The notes beneath the pieces are model-generated. The model did not search any database and was not told the DNA's origin. It saw only the letters and a program-made list of their open reading frames with translations. A stretch of DNA of 34,948 nt from assembly GCA_008369845.1 (NCBI GenBank), contig MRSU01007319.1, positions 1 to 34,948 of the forward strand, read 5' to 3'. The stretch is from Trichomonas gallinae. Taxonomy: Eukaryota. The first letter of the stretch is position 1. The number at the start of each line of letters is the position of its first letter. A program made the position numbers and the translations under genes. Positions 8,227 to 18,143 of the stretch are shown one piece after another.

Positions 8227-10590
8227 ATGCCGAACTACCTTGAAGCCATTCAAAAACAAGTTCCACTAACAATGGAGCTCGACAAAGATGTCATCAAGAA
8301 AGAAGAAATCGCAAAAGGAGATCGCGCAACAGTATTTAACGGAATTAGATTAAAAGATGGATTAAACGTGACTATTAAGGTATTGTATAATGAAATACCA
8401 GATAAAAACAGCATTAAACGTTATATCACCGAAATACAAGCAATAAATCTTTGTAATTCTCCTTACACTGTTAAATTAGTTGGTTATTCTGTGAAATGTC
8501 CACTAATGATCATCACAGAATCAGTCGAAAAGGAGTCCTTGTTTGCTCTTTTGCAGCAAAACAAGTTCGATAGCACGCAAAAAAATATTTTATTACTAGA
8601 AATCGCTTATGCATTAAAACACATTCATTCACAGAAGTTTATACATGGAAATGTTTCACCACATAATATTATTTTTGATTCAAATCAAAGAACGAAAATA
8701 TGCGGATTTGGAAATTGCAGATATCCACTTAAACCTACTCAATACAAAGAAGACACGATTAAATATTTGAATTGGTCCTCGCCAGAATTCGTTTCAGGCA
8801 ATGATTTCACAGAGAAACACGATATTTTCAGTTTTGGTTCGCTTCTTTATCATATTGTTACAGGCAAGATGCCATTTGACTCAATGTCACAATCAGAAAT
8901 CATTGAAAATCTGAAATCATATAAATTACCAAAAATACCTTCAGATATTCTACCAAAGATTGCTAAATTGATTAGTGATTGCTGGGATAAGCCAGATAAG
9001 AGGCCATCAATGGAAGAAATATTGAATCTTCTTTTCAAAAAAGATTATTTGCTTCAAGACGTCAATTCTGGCCGTGTTGAGTCAGCAATTCAGCGTCTCC
9101 ATGGCGATGATGAAGATATGGTAAAACAGATGTTTAAGGATCTCGCTCACACAGATCCAAAAGATTTCAAAGATGCTCTAAAAAAGGCTTATCCAACGAT
9201 TAAAGCTAGCAAGGAGAACATTGCTTTCTTCTTTGCTGAAATGAAATCATTATTCGTCAAGAAAACGTCAACAGAACAGTTTTCTTATCTTTTGGATGCA
9301 TCTCTTTCATTGATGAAGAAACGAGACGCTTGTGATGCATTCGTTAAGCACCATCTTCATCTGAGACTTCCATTTGATAAGGAAGAACTCATAGATCAAG
9401 GCCTAGACATAGTTTTTACAATTGTATTGAAATCTCCAAACGCAATCAACGCTGATTTCGTTCCATTCATCAAATATCTCATGAGATATAGGCCCGATAA
9501 GGTCATAATCATAGTTTCCGAGTACGCGAAGAATTTGAATGAAGTAGATGATCCTCTTCCAATTCTAGACGCGGTTATGACCAGCTGGAAGCGCATCAAA
9601 GACAATAAATCAGTCGCTGCGCCGTTCTTATCTCTATTTTCATATCTTTGCAGAGTATTTCCAGATTACAAGGCAAAAAGAGGCGAACTTTGCTCAACAT
9701 TGTTCAGGAAATTCCTAGATTCGCGATCTAAAGTTGCCATTTGCGTCGCTCTCACTGGTCTTTACTACATTGAAGGCGAATCTTTCAATCTCGATCTAGA
9801 ACCAGTGTTGGCTTTACTAAAAGACCCTCAAACATCAAAGACGATGCTTTCTCTTATGCTTATGCTCGATTCCATTCAAATTAACGATAATCGAATTGTA
9901 TCAGAGCTCATAGACACGCTTTTGCAGCGCGCACAGAGGTCAAACAGAGCCGCCCTTTTACTATGCAAAGTCGCCTGCGAGAGAAATGCGGCTGATTGCT
10001 TGATGCAAGACGATTCTTGGCTATGCGCAGAACTGCCCACACTTGACTCGACATTCAGAATCGCATTAGTCGCGATGAGGCACGAATCAGTCCGCAAGAA
10101 GCTGAGGAACAGCGATAACATGAAGTACCTTCTCTACATGGCGTGCGACAAGTCCTCCAACATCCCGCTGAGATGCGTCATCGACGTCATCAAAGGATTC
10201 GGTGTAGATACAGAAGATGAAGTCAAAGATTGGGATGATACAGGCTTTTTCAGGAGAATCCTCAATTGCGCTTATGAGCAATGTGATGACAGAAGCTTCT
10301 GCCACACATTATCATTTTTCTCCAAGATCGCCACCGTAAAAGAAATTCCAATTTTGGTGGATTTAGTAGATGCATCATTGATAACTTACTCGAAAGTTCC
10401 AAATATTGCTGATCATTTGATTCCTTTGTTCTACAACCTCTCCAAGCTGCCTAAATGTGCTTTAAGACTTGAGGAAACAAGAGCTTTGGACGCAATCGCC
10501 CAAGAATTCAAGAAGACTGAATATGTGAAATTCGGAACTGTAATTAGAAAGAATATTAGAACTGCGCATCTTCCTAAGTCAACATATTAA
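8227..10590 (+). CDS. TKL-like protein kinase domain (probable pseudokinase) fused to a long alpha-helical/ARM-like C-terminus
   Basis: VTIK, IHGNVSPHNI, KICGFG, WSSPE, HDIFSFG and CWDKPDKRPS mark the kinase subdomains. HRD is HGN and DFG is GFG. Confidence 0.85.
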   Translation: MPNYLEAIQKQVPLTMELDKDVIKKEEIAKGDRATVFNGIRLKDGLNVTIKVLYNEIPDKNSIKRYITEIQAINLCNSPYTVKLVGYSVKCPLMIITESVEKESLFALLQQNKFDSTQKNILLLEIAYALKHIHSQKFIHGNVSPHNIIFDSNQRTKICGFGNCRYPLKPTQYKEDTIKYLNWSSPEFVSGNDFTEKHDIFSFGSLLYHIVTGKMPFDSMSQSEIIENLKSYKLPKIPSDILPKIAKLISDCWDKPDKRPSMEEILNLLFKKDYLLQDVNSGRVESAIQRLHGDDEDMVKQMFKDLAHTDPKDFKDALKKAYPTIKASKENIAFFFAEMKSLFVKKTSTEQFSYLLDASLSLMKKRDACDAFVKHHLHLRLPFDKEELIDQGLDIVFTIVLKSPNAINADFVPFIKYLMRYRPDKVIIIVSEYAKNLNEVDDPLPILDAVMTSWKRIKDNKSVAAPFLSLFSYLCRVFPDYKAKRGELCSTLFRKFLDSRSKVAICVALTGLYYIEGESFNLDLEPVLALLKDPQTSKTMLSLMLMLDSIQINDNRIVSELIDTLLQRAQRSNRAALLLCKVACERNAADCLMQDDSWLCAELPTLDSTFRIALVAMRHESVRKKLRNSDNMKYLLYMACDKSSNIPLRCVIDVIKGFGVDTEDEVKDWDDTGFFRRILNCAYEQCDDRSFCHTLSFFSKIATVKEIPILVDLVDASLITYSKVPNIADHLIPLFYNLSKLPKCALRLEETRALDAIAQEFKKTEYVKFGTVIRKNIRTAHLPKSTY

Positions 10591-10816
10591 AATTTTTATT
10601 CATGTTTTTCTTTTTAAATTGCATTATTTTTAGCATTTTAATAATATAACAAATTTTGAACTATATGATATTAAATATAATCTATATGGTAATATTTTTA
10701 TTCAAACATGGAGTTACATTAGAATGTTATCGTAATAAATAAATAATAACAATAAGATACATTTGCTATTATGATAATTCATATGCTTTCAAGTAATTGA
10801 AATGCATGGTATGAAT

Positions 10817-11395
10817 TTAAGAGTTATCTATTGGATAATTGAAATATGGTGAATCTAAATCTTCTTGTTTCTTTTCTTGTTCGAGCCGTTCAGTCTGTAA
10901 TTGCTCAATTTCACTTTGAAGCCTTAATATTGTTGCCTTTTCGTTCTCAATTTCTTCAGGACTGATATTAAGCAACAACTTCATATTTTGAAGTATTTCC
11001 ATTGCTGGTGTTCGTAAATTACCTTCAGCTATGAAATTCCAAAGCTTTAAATGCTTATCAAATTTTTTTTTAATTTCTGCAACAACAATTTGAACAGCTT
11101 GATTATCAGATTTCATTCCATTCTCAACAAAAGAGTTGAATGTTTCCAAAAATTCTGTAAATTTTGTAAATTTATATGCATATAAATCTGAATAAATGGA
11201 ATCTAAGTCTGGAACTAAAGTAGCTCTTCTAATTACTTCTATATCTGGTCTTTTCAAAGTTTTTTCGATTTTTTGTTTAATTAAATCATTAAGCTGTGGT
11301 GTAATGTTTCCTAGTTTAAATCTAATAGAAGGACCTCTTCTATATTTCACAGCAGATGCTGTGGGTTGCTTTTTTTGGTCTTTTCCTTCTTCCAT
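10817..11395 (-). CDS. Hypothetical protein with a degenerate bromodomain-like segment and a C-terminal coiled coil
   Basis: 192-aa ORF. PDLDSIYSDLYAYKFTKFTEFLETFNSFVENG...VVAEIKKKF parallels the bromodomain PMDL.TI..KL...Y....EF..D......N. An Inr-like TCATT lies on the minus strand at 11431-11435. The gene is likely; the domain call is weak. Confidence 0.5.
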   Translation of the reverse strand: MEEGKDQKKQPTASAVKYRRGPSIRFKLGNITPQLNDLIKQKIEKTLKRPDIEVIRRATLVPDLDSIYSDLYAYKFTKFTEFLETFNSFVENGMKSDNQAVQIVVAEIKKKFDKHLKLWNFIAEGNLRTPAMEILQNMKLLLNISPEEIENEKATILRLQSEIEQLQTERLEQEKKQEDLDSPYFNYPIDNS

Positions 11396-11543
11396 TTCGA
11401 ATGTATAATTTTTATCAAAGAAATTAAAATAATGAAAGGTGACATTTAAAGCAAGAATAGTTATAAAATTGGTTAGTTTTATATATTATTATATCAAAAA
11501 ATGTATATGATTATCCAATAAAAAAATTAATAATATTTATTCA

Positions 11544-13697
11544 CTATATTTGATAAGCTGGCATGTTGTGAAGAGAATTAATAACAGAAAGTGGAATTGG
11601 TCTTGTACGACTTAACAAAGCTGAGAAATCGGCACCACCGATGTTAGACAAGTTTCTCACGAAGGATATCCACATATCCTCTGGAATATCTGTTGTCTGA
11701 ACATTGGGATCTCTAAAGCTGGCAATAACTCTTGGCAGAATTGTCTTGTCAACTTTCGTGTGAATTTCCCAAAGTTCATGGAAAAGCTGAGGAAGTTCAA
11801 TATCCTCGAGCATCATCGGAGTGAAATCTTTGTATTCATTCGTAAGAGCAGCTGAAGCTGCAACATTAGAAATTGCAATCTTCGTATTTTCATCAATACT
11901 AACAGTCTGTAATAATGAGATCGCAATGCCAATGAGGAGCTCGAACAATGTACGGTTTGGTGTCTTTACACCAGTGACTAATTTATCAATATCTTCTGTA
12001 CTAAAAACAATTGGGTAAGAAACTGAGTGCTTTCCTGGTTCCATCATAATATCGAACACGATTCTGAATTTATATTTGTAATCAACCGCTAAATAAGTTT
12101 CGACATCGCCGACGAGTCTTTCTAATGAAGTTGCAAACGGTTCGATATCAAACTTGCGGGCAGCCTTTGTTGGGAGTGTGACAATCGCGTTCTTAGTCTC
12201 GATTTCACACCATGGAATATCAATATTCTTTGTCTTCTCCCAAAGATCTGTTCCTATAACGTAATGTGGAGCCTGTGCGAAGCCTTTGAGCTTGACGTGA
12301 ACGTTATAGTCAACAATATCTTTGTCGTCGTCGATCATCAGATAAACCAAACCTCCGAACGGCGAACCGACCTTTGTCTCGTTGGAAACGATCGCTTCTG
12401 TGATGATTGTCGATGGCCACCTGTCCCATGGGAGTGGTCTCGTTAAATTCTTCTCTGTGTGGCAGCCGATCTGTATGAAAGAGTTCATTGGCGCGTCATC
12501 TATGTCGATTTCTGCGATGACACCTGCCGGGAGCCAAAGGCCTGTGGATGTCCACTCCTGTGTGTTGATAACCATGTCCAACTCGAAGTCTGTGAGCTCT
12601 ACGTCGCCTGTTGGGCCTGGGAAGATCTCGTAGCCTTCTACCGGGCGCATGAGTTCGAGAGGAAGCTTCTGGAGAAGGTCGAGGATGAGCATGGCGACGA
12701 TAGACTGCTGAACAACCTGGAATAACTTATTGTCTTTGATGTAGTTCGTTCTCTTGAGGTAATTCCATGAAGTTTCGAGTAATTCTGTTAATTGTGGAGT
12801 ATTCTCGTCGCCGCCAGCAAGAACGTAAATTCTTAGGTTGGTAACGAGATCGTCAAGGACATATTGACCTATGTCATCCGACTGTAACGTTGTAATATAT
12901 TTCTTGCTCATTTCTGAAAATGTGTGCTCTTTCGCCATTTCGTAATTTTGACCGATTTCTATGGATTCTCCATCATCTCCGTTAATTAAGTTGGTAAATC
13001 TAATACCGAACTTGAGAAGGAAGTCGTTGATGCTTACTGATTCTTGTATTGGATTATAAAAGACAATGAGACCATTGCCGTCATCTACAACGTATTTATA
13101 TAATTCGTCTGCTTCTTCCGGTTTCAGCTCGTAGCTTGTGTTGAGGACTATAATTGAGTAATGGGATAGGTTTTGAGGGAAATCTCCGCTTTCTATGAAG
13201 AGACCCATTGCTTCGAAGGAACTCTTATAGTTTCTCATATCGTTTCTGCTGAATCCGATGCAGAAAGTCTGTGCGAATGTGCCTTGCCCACCTGCAAGCA
13301 CGTGGGATAAATTTTTGAATAACATCGTAGTTTCGAATGCTTGAAAATTTTGTTGTGAAAGAAAGTCTATGCATGAGATGCAGGCCAATTGGCCATTGCC
13401 TTTTAACGAGCATGATATAATAGGTAAGCGTATGTCTGCAATATCTGGTTCTTCGAGTTTGAAAACTGCACTTACAATCGGGAAAGCTGTATCACCAACG
13501 CATACTTGAGGTACTAGTTCTGGTGGATTTGCTATTAATCTAATCCCATTCGTTACTGCATGGAAAAATTGTTTTTTAGTTAGTTTTTCTGTGCTGTGAT
13601 CTCGCATTCCTGGGCGATTCTGCTGCGAAGGATGGCCCTGTTTCTGTGGCCTATCTTTCTTCTGGACAACTCTGGGCGATGATTGCACACAACCCAT
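11544..13697 (-). CDS. M60-like/TCAF(FAM115)-type protein ('immuno-dominant variable surface antigen-like'), lacking HEXXH, with an N-terminal MGC acylation motif
   Basis: ATG at 13697 gives MGCVQSS. M60-like N-domain motifs WTSTGLWLPAG, IQIGCHT, RWP, SPFGGLVYL and PWCEI are present. There is no HExxH in the protein. Confidence 0.8.
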   Translation of the reverse strand: MGCVQSSPRVVQKKDRPQKQGHPSQQNRPGMRDHSTEKLTKKQFFHAVTNGIRLIANPPELVPQVCVGDTAFPIVSAVFKLEEPDIADIRLPIISCSLKGNGQLACISCIDFLSQQNFQAFETTMLFKNLSHVLAGGQGTFAQTFCIGFSRNDMRNYKSSFEAMGLFIESGDFPQNLSHYSIIVLNTSYELKPEEADELYKYVVDDGNGLIVFYNPIQESVSINDFLLKFGIRFTNLINGDDGESIEIGQNYEMAKEHTFSEMSKKYITTLQSDDIGQYVLDDLVTNLRIYVLAGGDENTPQLTELLETSWNYLKRTNYIKDNKLFQVVQQSIVAMLILDLLQKLPLELMRPVEGYEIFPGPTGDVELTDFELDMVINTQEWTSTGLWLPAGVIAEIDIDDAPMNSFIQIGCHTEKNLTRPLPWDRWPSTIITEAIVSNETKVGSPFGGLVYLMIDDDKDIVDYNVHVKLKGFAQAPHYVIGTDLWEKTKNIDIPWCEIETKNAIVTLPTKAARKFDIEPFATSLERLVGDVETYLAVDYKYKFRIVFDIMMEPGKHSVSYPIVFSTEDIDKLVTGVKTPNRTLFELLIGIAISLLQTVSIDENTKIAISNVAASAALTNEYKDFTPMMLEDIELPQLFHELWEIHTKVDKTILPRVIASFRDPNVQTTDIPEDMWISFVRNLSNIGGADFSALLSRTRPIPLSVINSLHNMPAYQI

Positions 13698-14137
13698 TGT
13701 TACCACAGCTTATATTCAAATAATTCTTAGAGGCTCTCAAATATAGCGGAGTAAAGCTTATTGTAAACCATTTTTCTCTTTATACAAGCATTTTTAGCCA
13801 AAACTAAATAATAGACTTAATATATAACATCATAAACTATGTATTTCCATAATCAAAAAGCAAATCGGAGGAGTTTCTTTATTTAAAAAACGAACAAATT
13901 TTACAAAACTCGTTATTTCATCGAAGAAACGTGTACTCGTGCAAAAAATGCAAATCATGTATCACAGTGTTATTTGAAACCTGTATACAGAGTCTTATCA
14001 AAAATCGTTCGATTTTTCTTTCATGTAATGAAAAACCATGCACAGAAAATTTTTAATCTATTCTTAGATGAATTAACACATGTTTTCAAATTCAGTGTAA
14101 AACTATTCAAAATTAAATCCAAAAACAGATAACGTGT

Positions 14138-14156
14138 TATATATATATATATATAT
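14138..14156. repeat. (TA)n microsatellite
   Basis: About 9 consecutive TA units in the divergent intergenic region. Confidence 0.8.
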
Positions 14157-15031
14157 TATAACAGAAACTATAGCTATTGTATGTACTAGATTCGAGCAAA
14201 TCCGTTATGACACATTATATCAAAGAAAATTATTAAAGATTTAAACATATAAGATAATAGGTAATTTAATTCTCGATTTTTTCCAAAAACACAAAAGATT
14301 CAAATAACGTTTTATTTTCAATAAGCAATAAGTTTTGCTGGCGCTGCATTGCTTGTCTTAGCTATTTATCGATGTCACTTAACACTACACCCCTTATATT
14401 ATAAAATCAATATCTAGAATTATAATTTATCCCAAATGCTTAGATTATTGGATTTATTCATATCAGCTATTTTGACTTACTCCAATGGGATTATATGTTT
14501 AATAAGTATATCTAAACAATATGGTGTCTTGTTCAAGCACCACAATTCAGTTTATGTTATGAAATTTTTAAGAATATATTTTATCTCTTTTTAACTAGCA
14601 AGAACTACTAGTTAGATCATGATATGAATATCTGCAAATTCTCTTATAAAGATAATTTGATTTTTGATTCCACACTTATAATGTAAGCGATGAGGATGTG
14701 AACTAAACTAATAGTGGTCTTAGGTAAAGAGTTATTAAGATGAATAATTGATTAGTTCGTCTTAATTCTCAAGATAAATTATTTCTTTATATTTTATTAC
14801 ATTTTTATAACTCATATATAATACCTTTAATGTTGGATAATTTAGCTGATTATTTATTTCATTGTCAAATTGATCATATTGGATCAAAAAAAATTGCAAA
14901 AAATTATTTTTGCTTTAAGATTATTTTTGACTAACCGTTTGTGTTACTTATGTCATAGGTATATTAAAAATGAAAATAAAAAATGTTGATAATTGTTAGA
15001 TAGGTTCGGGTAGGAATGTAAAAGTGACAGG

Positions 15032-16201
15032 ATGGAGTTCGCTACTACAAAGGTTTTTGGTGAAAGAGATTTACGTGCGCAACTTAATGACGATGACTTC
15101 ATTTCCGCCCTGTCTTTCAACCAGTCGGGTAATTTTCTCGCGACAGGAGATGTTTCGGGACGTGTTGTAATTTTTCGATACACAAATCAAAACCAAATCG
15201 AATTTGTTACACAGATGCATGCTCACAGGTCCGAATTCGATTATTTAAGATCTGAATTGAGTGAGCCACGTGTTTATGCAATAAGGTGGATTCCAAAAAC
15301 GGACGTAAATCCTCTATTTTTGACAGCAAACATGCATGAAGTCAAACTTTGGAGGCTCAGCCAAACTCCGCGTCCAACATGGGAGCTTCCCGAGCAAAAT
15401 TCGTCTGATCAAATAATCTTTCCAAAATTAAAGTCATACGAAGTGAAATACGAAGCTGTACAGATGAAAAAGTTTTTCGACGTTGAAACTGAATGTCTTG
15501 TCTCAATCGAAGCAATTTCAGATCAAACTTCATTTTTAATGGTTGATATTGGTGGCGTTAAACTGTGGGATATGAATAGAGATGTTCCTCCGGTTCCATA
15601 TTTCCAATTATCAACGACAAGAGCTGAATTAACTTCTTCAGCAGTAACTCCACAAATTCCTTATGCAATATTAATCGCAGATAACACAGGATACATCAAA
15701 ATGCTCGATATGCGCCAGCAATCAACAAATCTCACGCCAGCTGCAAATATCAATGTCGTCAACGCTGTCGATAAATCCACATTCACAAATGGATGCCAAT
15801 TTGTATCGTCAATAAGATTCTTGAATGATGGTGTTCATTTCATGTCGAGAATTTTCGGACATTGTATGGTTTATGATATGAGGAATCCATCGCAAGCGGA
15901 AGCAGTTGCTGAAGTCCAGAATTACCAAAGCAAAATGAATATTATTGTTTCACAGAAATATTACAGAGATTATTTCTCGTCATCAGTTTTATGCACTGAT
16001 GAAGTTGTTACTGGTAAATACGGTAACCAGTATTGTGTTTGGGATTGGAGGAATAACCAGCAATACCCACAAATCGCTGGAAATGAGTTAGTCGAAAGCA
16101 CAGATTTCTCCAGACGCGTCGGAGTCACAGAATGCCATCCAAGAGAGTCCGTTACAGCTATAGCATCATCAACATCCTTGTATATTCAAGCCAAACGCTG
16201 A
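15032..16201 (+). CDS. Divergent PP2A regulatory subunit B (B55/PR55/Cdc55) WD40 protein
   Basis: DFISALSFNQSGNFLATGDVSGRVVIF and HRSEFDYLRSELSEPRVYAIRW...LTANMHEVKLW match the B55 motifs DIIS.VEF...G.LLATGDKGGRVVIF and HEPEFDYLKSLEIEEKIN.I.W. AAAGTGAC lies at 15021-15028. Confidence 0.8.
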   Translation: MEFATTKVFGERDLRAQLNDDDFISALSFNQSGNFLATGDVSGRVVIFRYTNQNQIEFVTQMHAHRSEFDYLRSELSEPRVYAIRWIPKTDVNPLFLTANMHEVKLWRLSQTPRPTWELPEQNSSDQIIFPKLKSYEVKYEAVQMKKFFDVETECLVSIEAISDQTSFLMVDIGGVKLWDMNRDVPPVPYFQLSTTRAELTSSAVTPQIPYAILIADNTGYIKMLDMRQQSTNLTPAANINVVNAVDKSTFTNGCQFVSSIRFLNDGVHFMSRIFGHCMVYDMRNPSQAEAVAEVQNYQSKMNIIVSQKYYRDYFSSSVLCTDEVVTGKYGNQYCVWDWRNNQQYPQIAGNELVESTDFSRRVGVTECHPRESVTAIASSTSLYIQAKR

Positions 16202-16520
16202 AAATAATATTTTGTAATTTTTATATAGTTAATCAGTAAAATTGTTTCTTTTATATTAATATGTTGGTAATCGTCTATCCATATATAAAGTGCTTTTTCC
16301 CAAATCACAAATCCGTAAAAATATATCTTTTAAAATCGCATGTTTTCATTGAGAAACGGGCTTATTACATGCAAATATATCGTTTTATAATGAAAAATAA
16401 GAAATTTAGTTTAATCAGAGAAATCTTCGAAATTTTTATGATATAGTCAGCTGGAGACCTTATAAATCCATAGGATGATTAAAAAGATTAAATTGGCCGG
16501 ACAAGTATAATTAAATAAAA

Positions 16521-17390
16521 ATGTCTTGCAACGGAGACTGCAGCAACTGTCCTATGAAGGGATCATGCAGTTCCGGCATTGTTCCTGAAGCCCTCCTTGA
16601 TAGTATTAGGAAGGTTAAGGAAGCAATGGAGCCAGTACAACATAAAATTCTCGTTCTCTCAGGAAAAGGAGGAGTTGGAAAGTCCACAACTACATATCTT
16701 CTTACAAGAAGGCTTGCTGCTGATATGGCAGTAGGTGTTCTCGATCTAGATCTCTGTGGTCCATCGATGCCCTTCCTTTTCGAAGCTGAGGACGAAAAAC
16801 TTAGACAGACATCACTCGGAATCTCACCACTAAACGTCGATGACAACATTTACTTAGTTAGCACTCAATTTTTCTTACCAGAAAAAGATGAGCCAGTTAT
16901 TGCACGTGGAGGCCAGAAAAATCAGATGGTTTTGCAGCTCTTATCTGATGTAGACTGGAGTGAGTCCGAAATTATGATGATTGACACACCCCCTGGAACA
17001 TCAGATGAACATCTCGCAATTGTAAGCTTCATGAAAGACGCTGGTGTTACTGGTGCTGTTATAGTTACAACGCCTGAGGAAGTTGCCCTCGCAGACGTTC
17101 GCAGAGAAATTAGATTTTGCAAGAAGTCGCAAATTCGCGTTCTCGGTGTTGTAGAGAACATGTCTTCTTATACATGTCCAAAATGTGGAAAAGAAAGCAG
17201 CATCTACCCAAGAACAAACGGTGGTGCTCAGCAAATGTGCGCTGAGGAAGGTGTTGCATTCTTAGGAAGTATTCCTATTGATCCATCATTGGTTGCTGGT
17301 CTTGTAGGAAAGAGCCACCAGGTCGCTCCTACAGTTAAGGCCGCAGTTGATTCGATTGTTGAGAGAATGATGGAAATAGTTACTAAATAG
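16521..17390 (+). CDS. NBP35: Cytosolic Fe-S assembly scaffold P-loop NTPase, Nbp35/Cfd1 (Mrp) family with an N-terminal Cys cluster
   Basis: LSGKGGVGKST, DLDLCGPS, DTPPGTSDEHL, VTTP and ENMS..CPKC; N-terminal CNGDCSNCPMKGSC. Confidence 0.85.
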   Translation: MSCNGDCSNCPMKGSCSSGIVPEALLDSIRKVKEAMEPVQHKILVLSGKGGVGKSTTTYLLTRRLAADMAVGVLDLDLCGPSMPFLFEAEDEKLRQTSLGISPLNVDDNIYLVSTQFFLPEKDEPVIARGGQKNQMVLQLLSDVDWSESEIMMIDTPPGTSDEHLAIVSFMKDAGVTGAVIVTTPEEVALADVRREIRFCKKSQIRVLGVVENMSSYTCPKCGKESSIYPRTNGGAQQMCAEEGVAFLGSIPIDPSLVAGLVGKSHQVAPTVKAAVDSIVERMMEIVTK

Positions 17391-18143
17391 AGTGATGTTA
17401 AATGCTACTTTAATTGATTTCTCTCCTTTTTCTATATTTATTAATCTTATTGGAATTTTTTCTTATTATATTTCCATGAAAAATGTATATTTGTTATAAT
17501 GCATTTGTGGATCTTATGCAGACATAATAATGGAGCTAATCTTCTGTTCATCGAACAAGATAATTAATAATTAAGGTATCGAAAAAAATAAACATGTAAA
17601 AATTGTATAAAATAACAAATCTTGCTATAGTAGCTTGTTTAGTGTCATGTCAGCAGATGGCAATATGTAAAATTGTTAAAATGGCGTTGCAAACATTTCA
17701 TAACTTTTGATTTTGCTATATTTATAATCCACTATTGCTGAGTAATTCAAATATCTAATTATGTTGTTTGTTAAAATGAGAAATTTCAAAATTCGCTAAA
17801 TCAAAATTATTACAAATAAAAAATGATTTTTTAGAAGTTTTGTTTTTTGTCCATTTTTTCTCTAGATAATTCGCCTAATTTAAAACGACAGAGATATTAT
17901 ATAATAGCTATATTTATTATTTATTAACAAAAATAAGGATATTTATTAATCATATCATTGGAATTATGAAATTTCTTGTAATAATGTATTAATATCTGAT
18001 TTGTAATCCAGTTATTAGTATATATCCAAGTTTTCTATGATATTTTTGTAATACATATAGAATATGATGTTATCAAAACAAAATTATATAACATATTTAT
18101 TCGCTAACAGCGTCAATTTCAAATAATAAACAAAAAATAAAGA

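Noticed and set aside
11758..11790. LFHELWEIH in the M60-like protein as a zinc-binding motif
   Set aside because: The spacing is HExxE..H, not HExxH, and it lies downstream of the expected M60 catalytic helix.
13850..14135. Stop-free stretches of about 65-80 codons in two + frames in the divergent intergenic region
   Set aside because: No suitable ATG/Inr and no recognisable family. It could be a relic, but I cannot support that.
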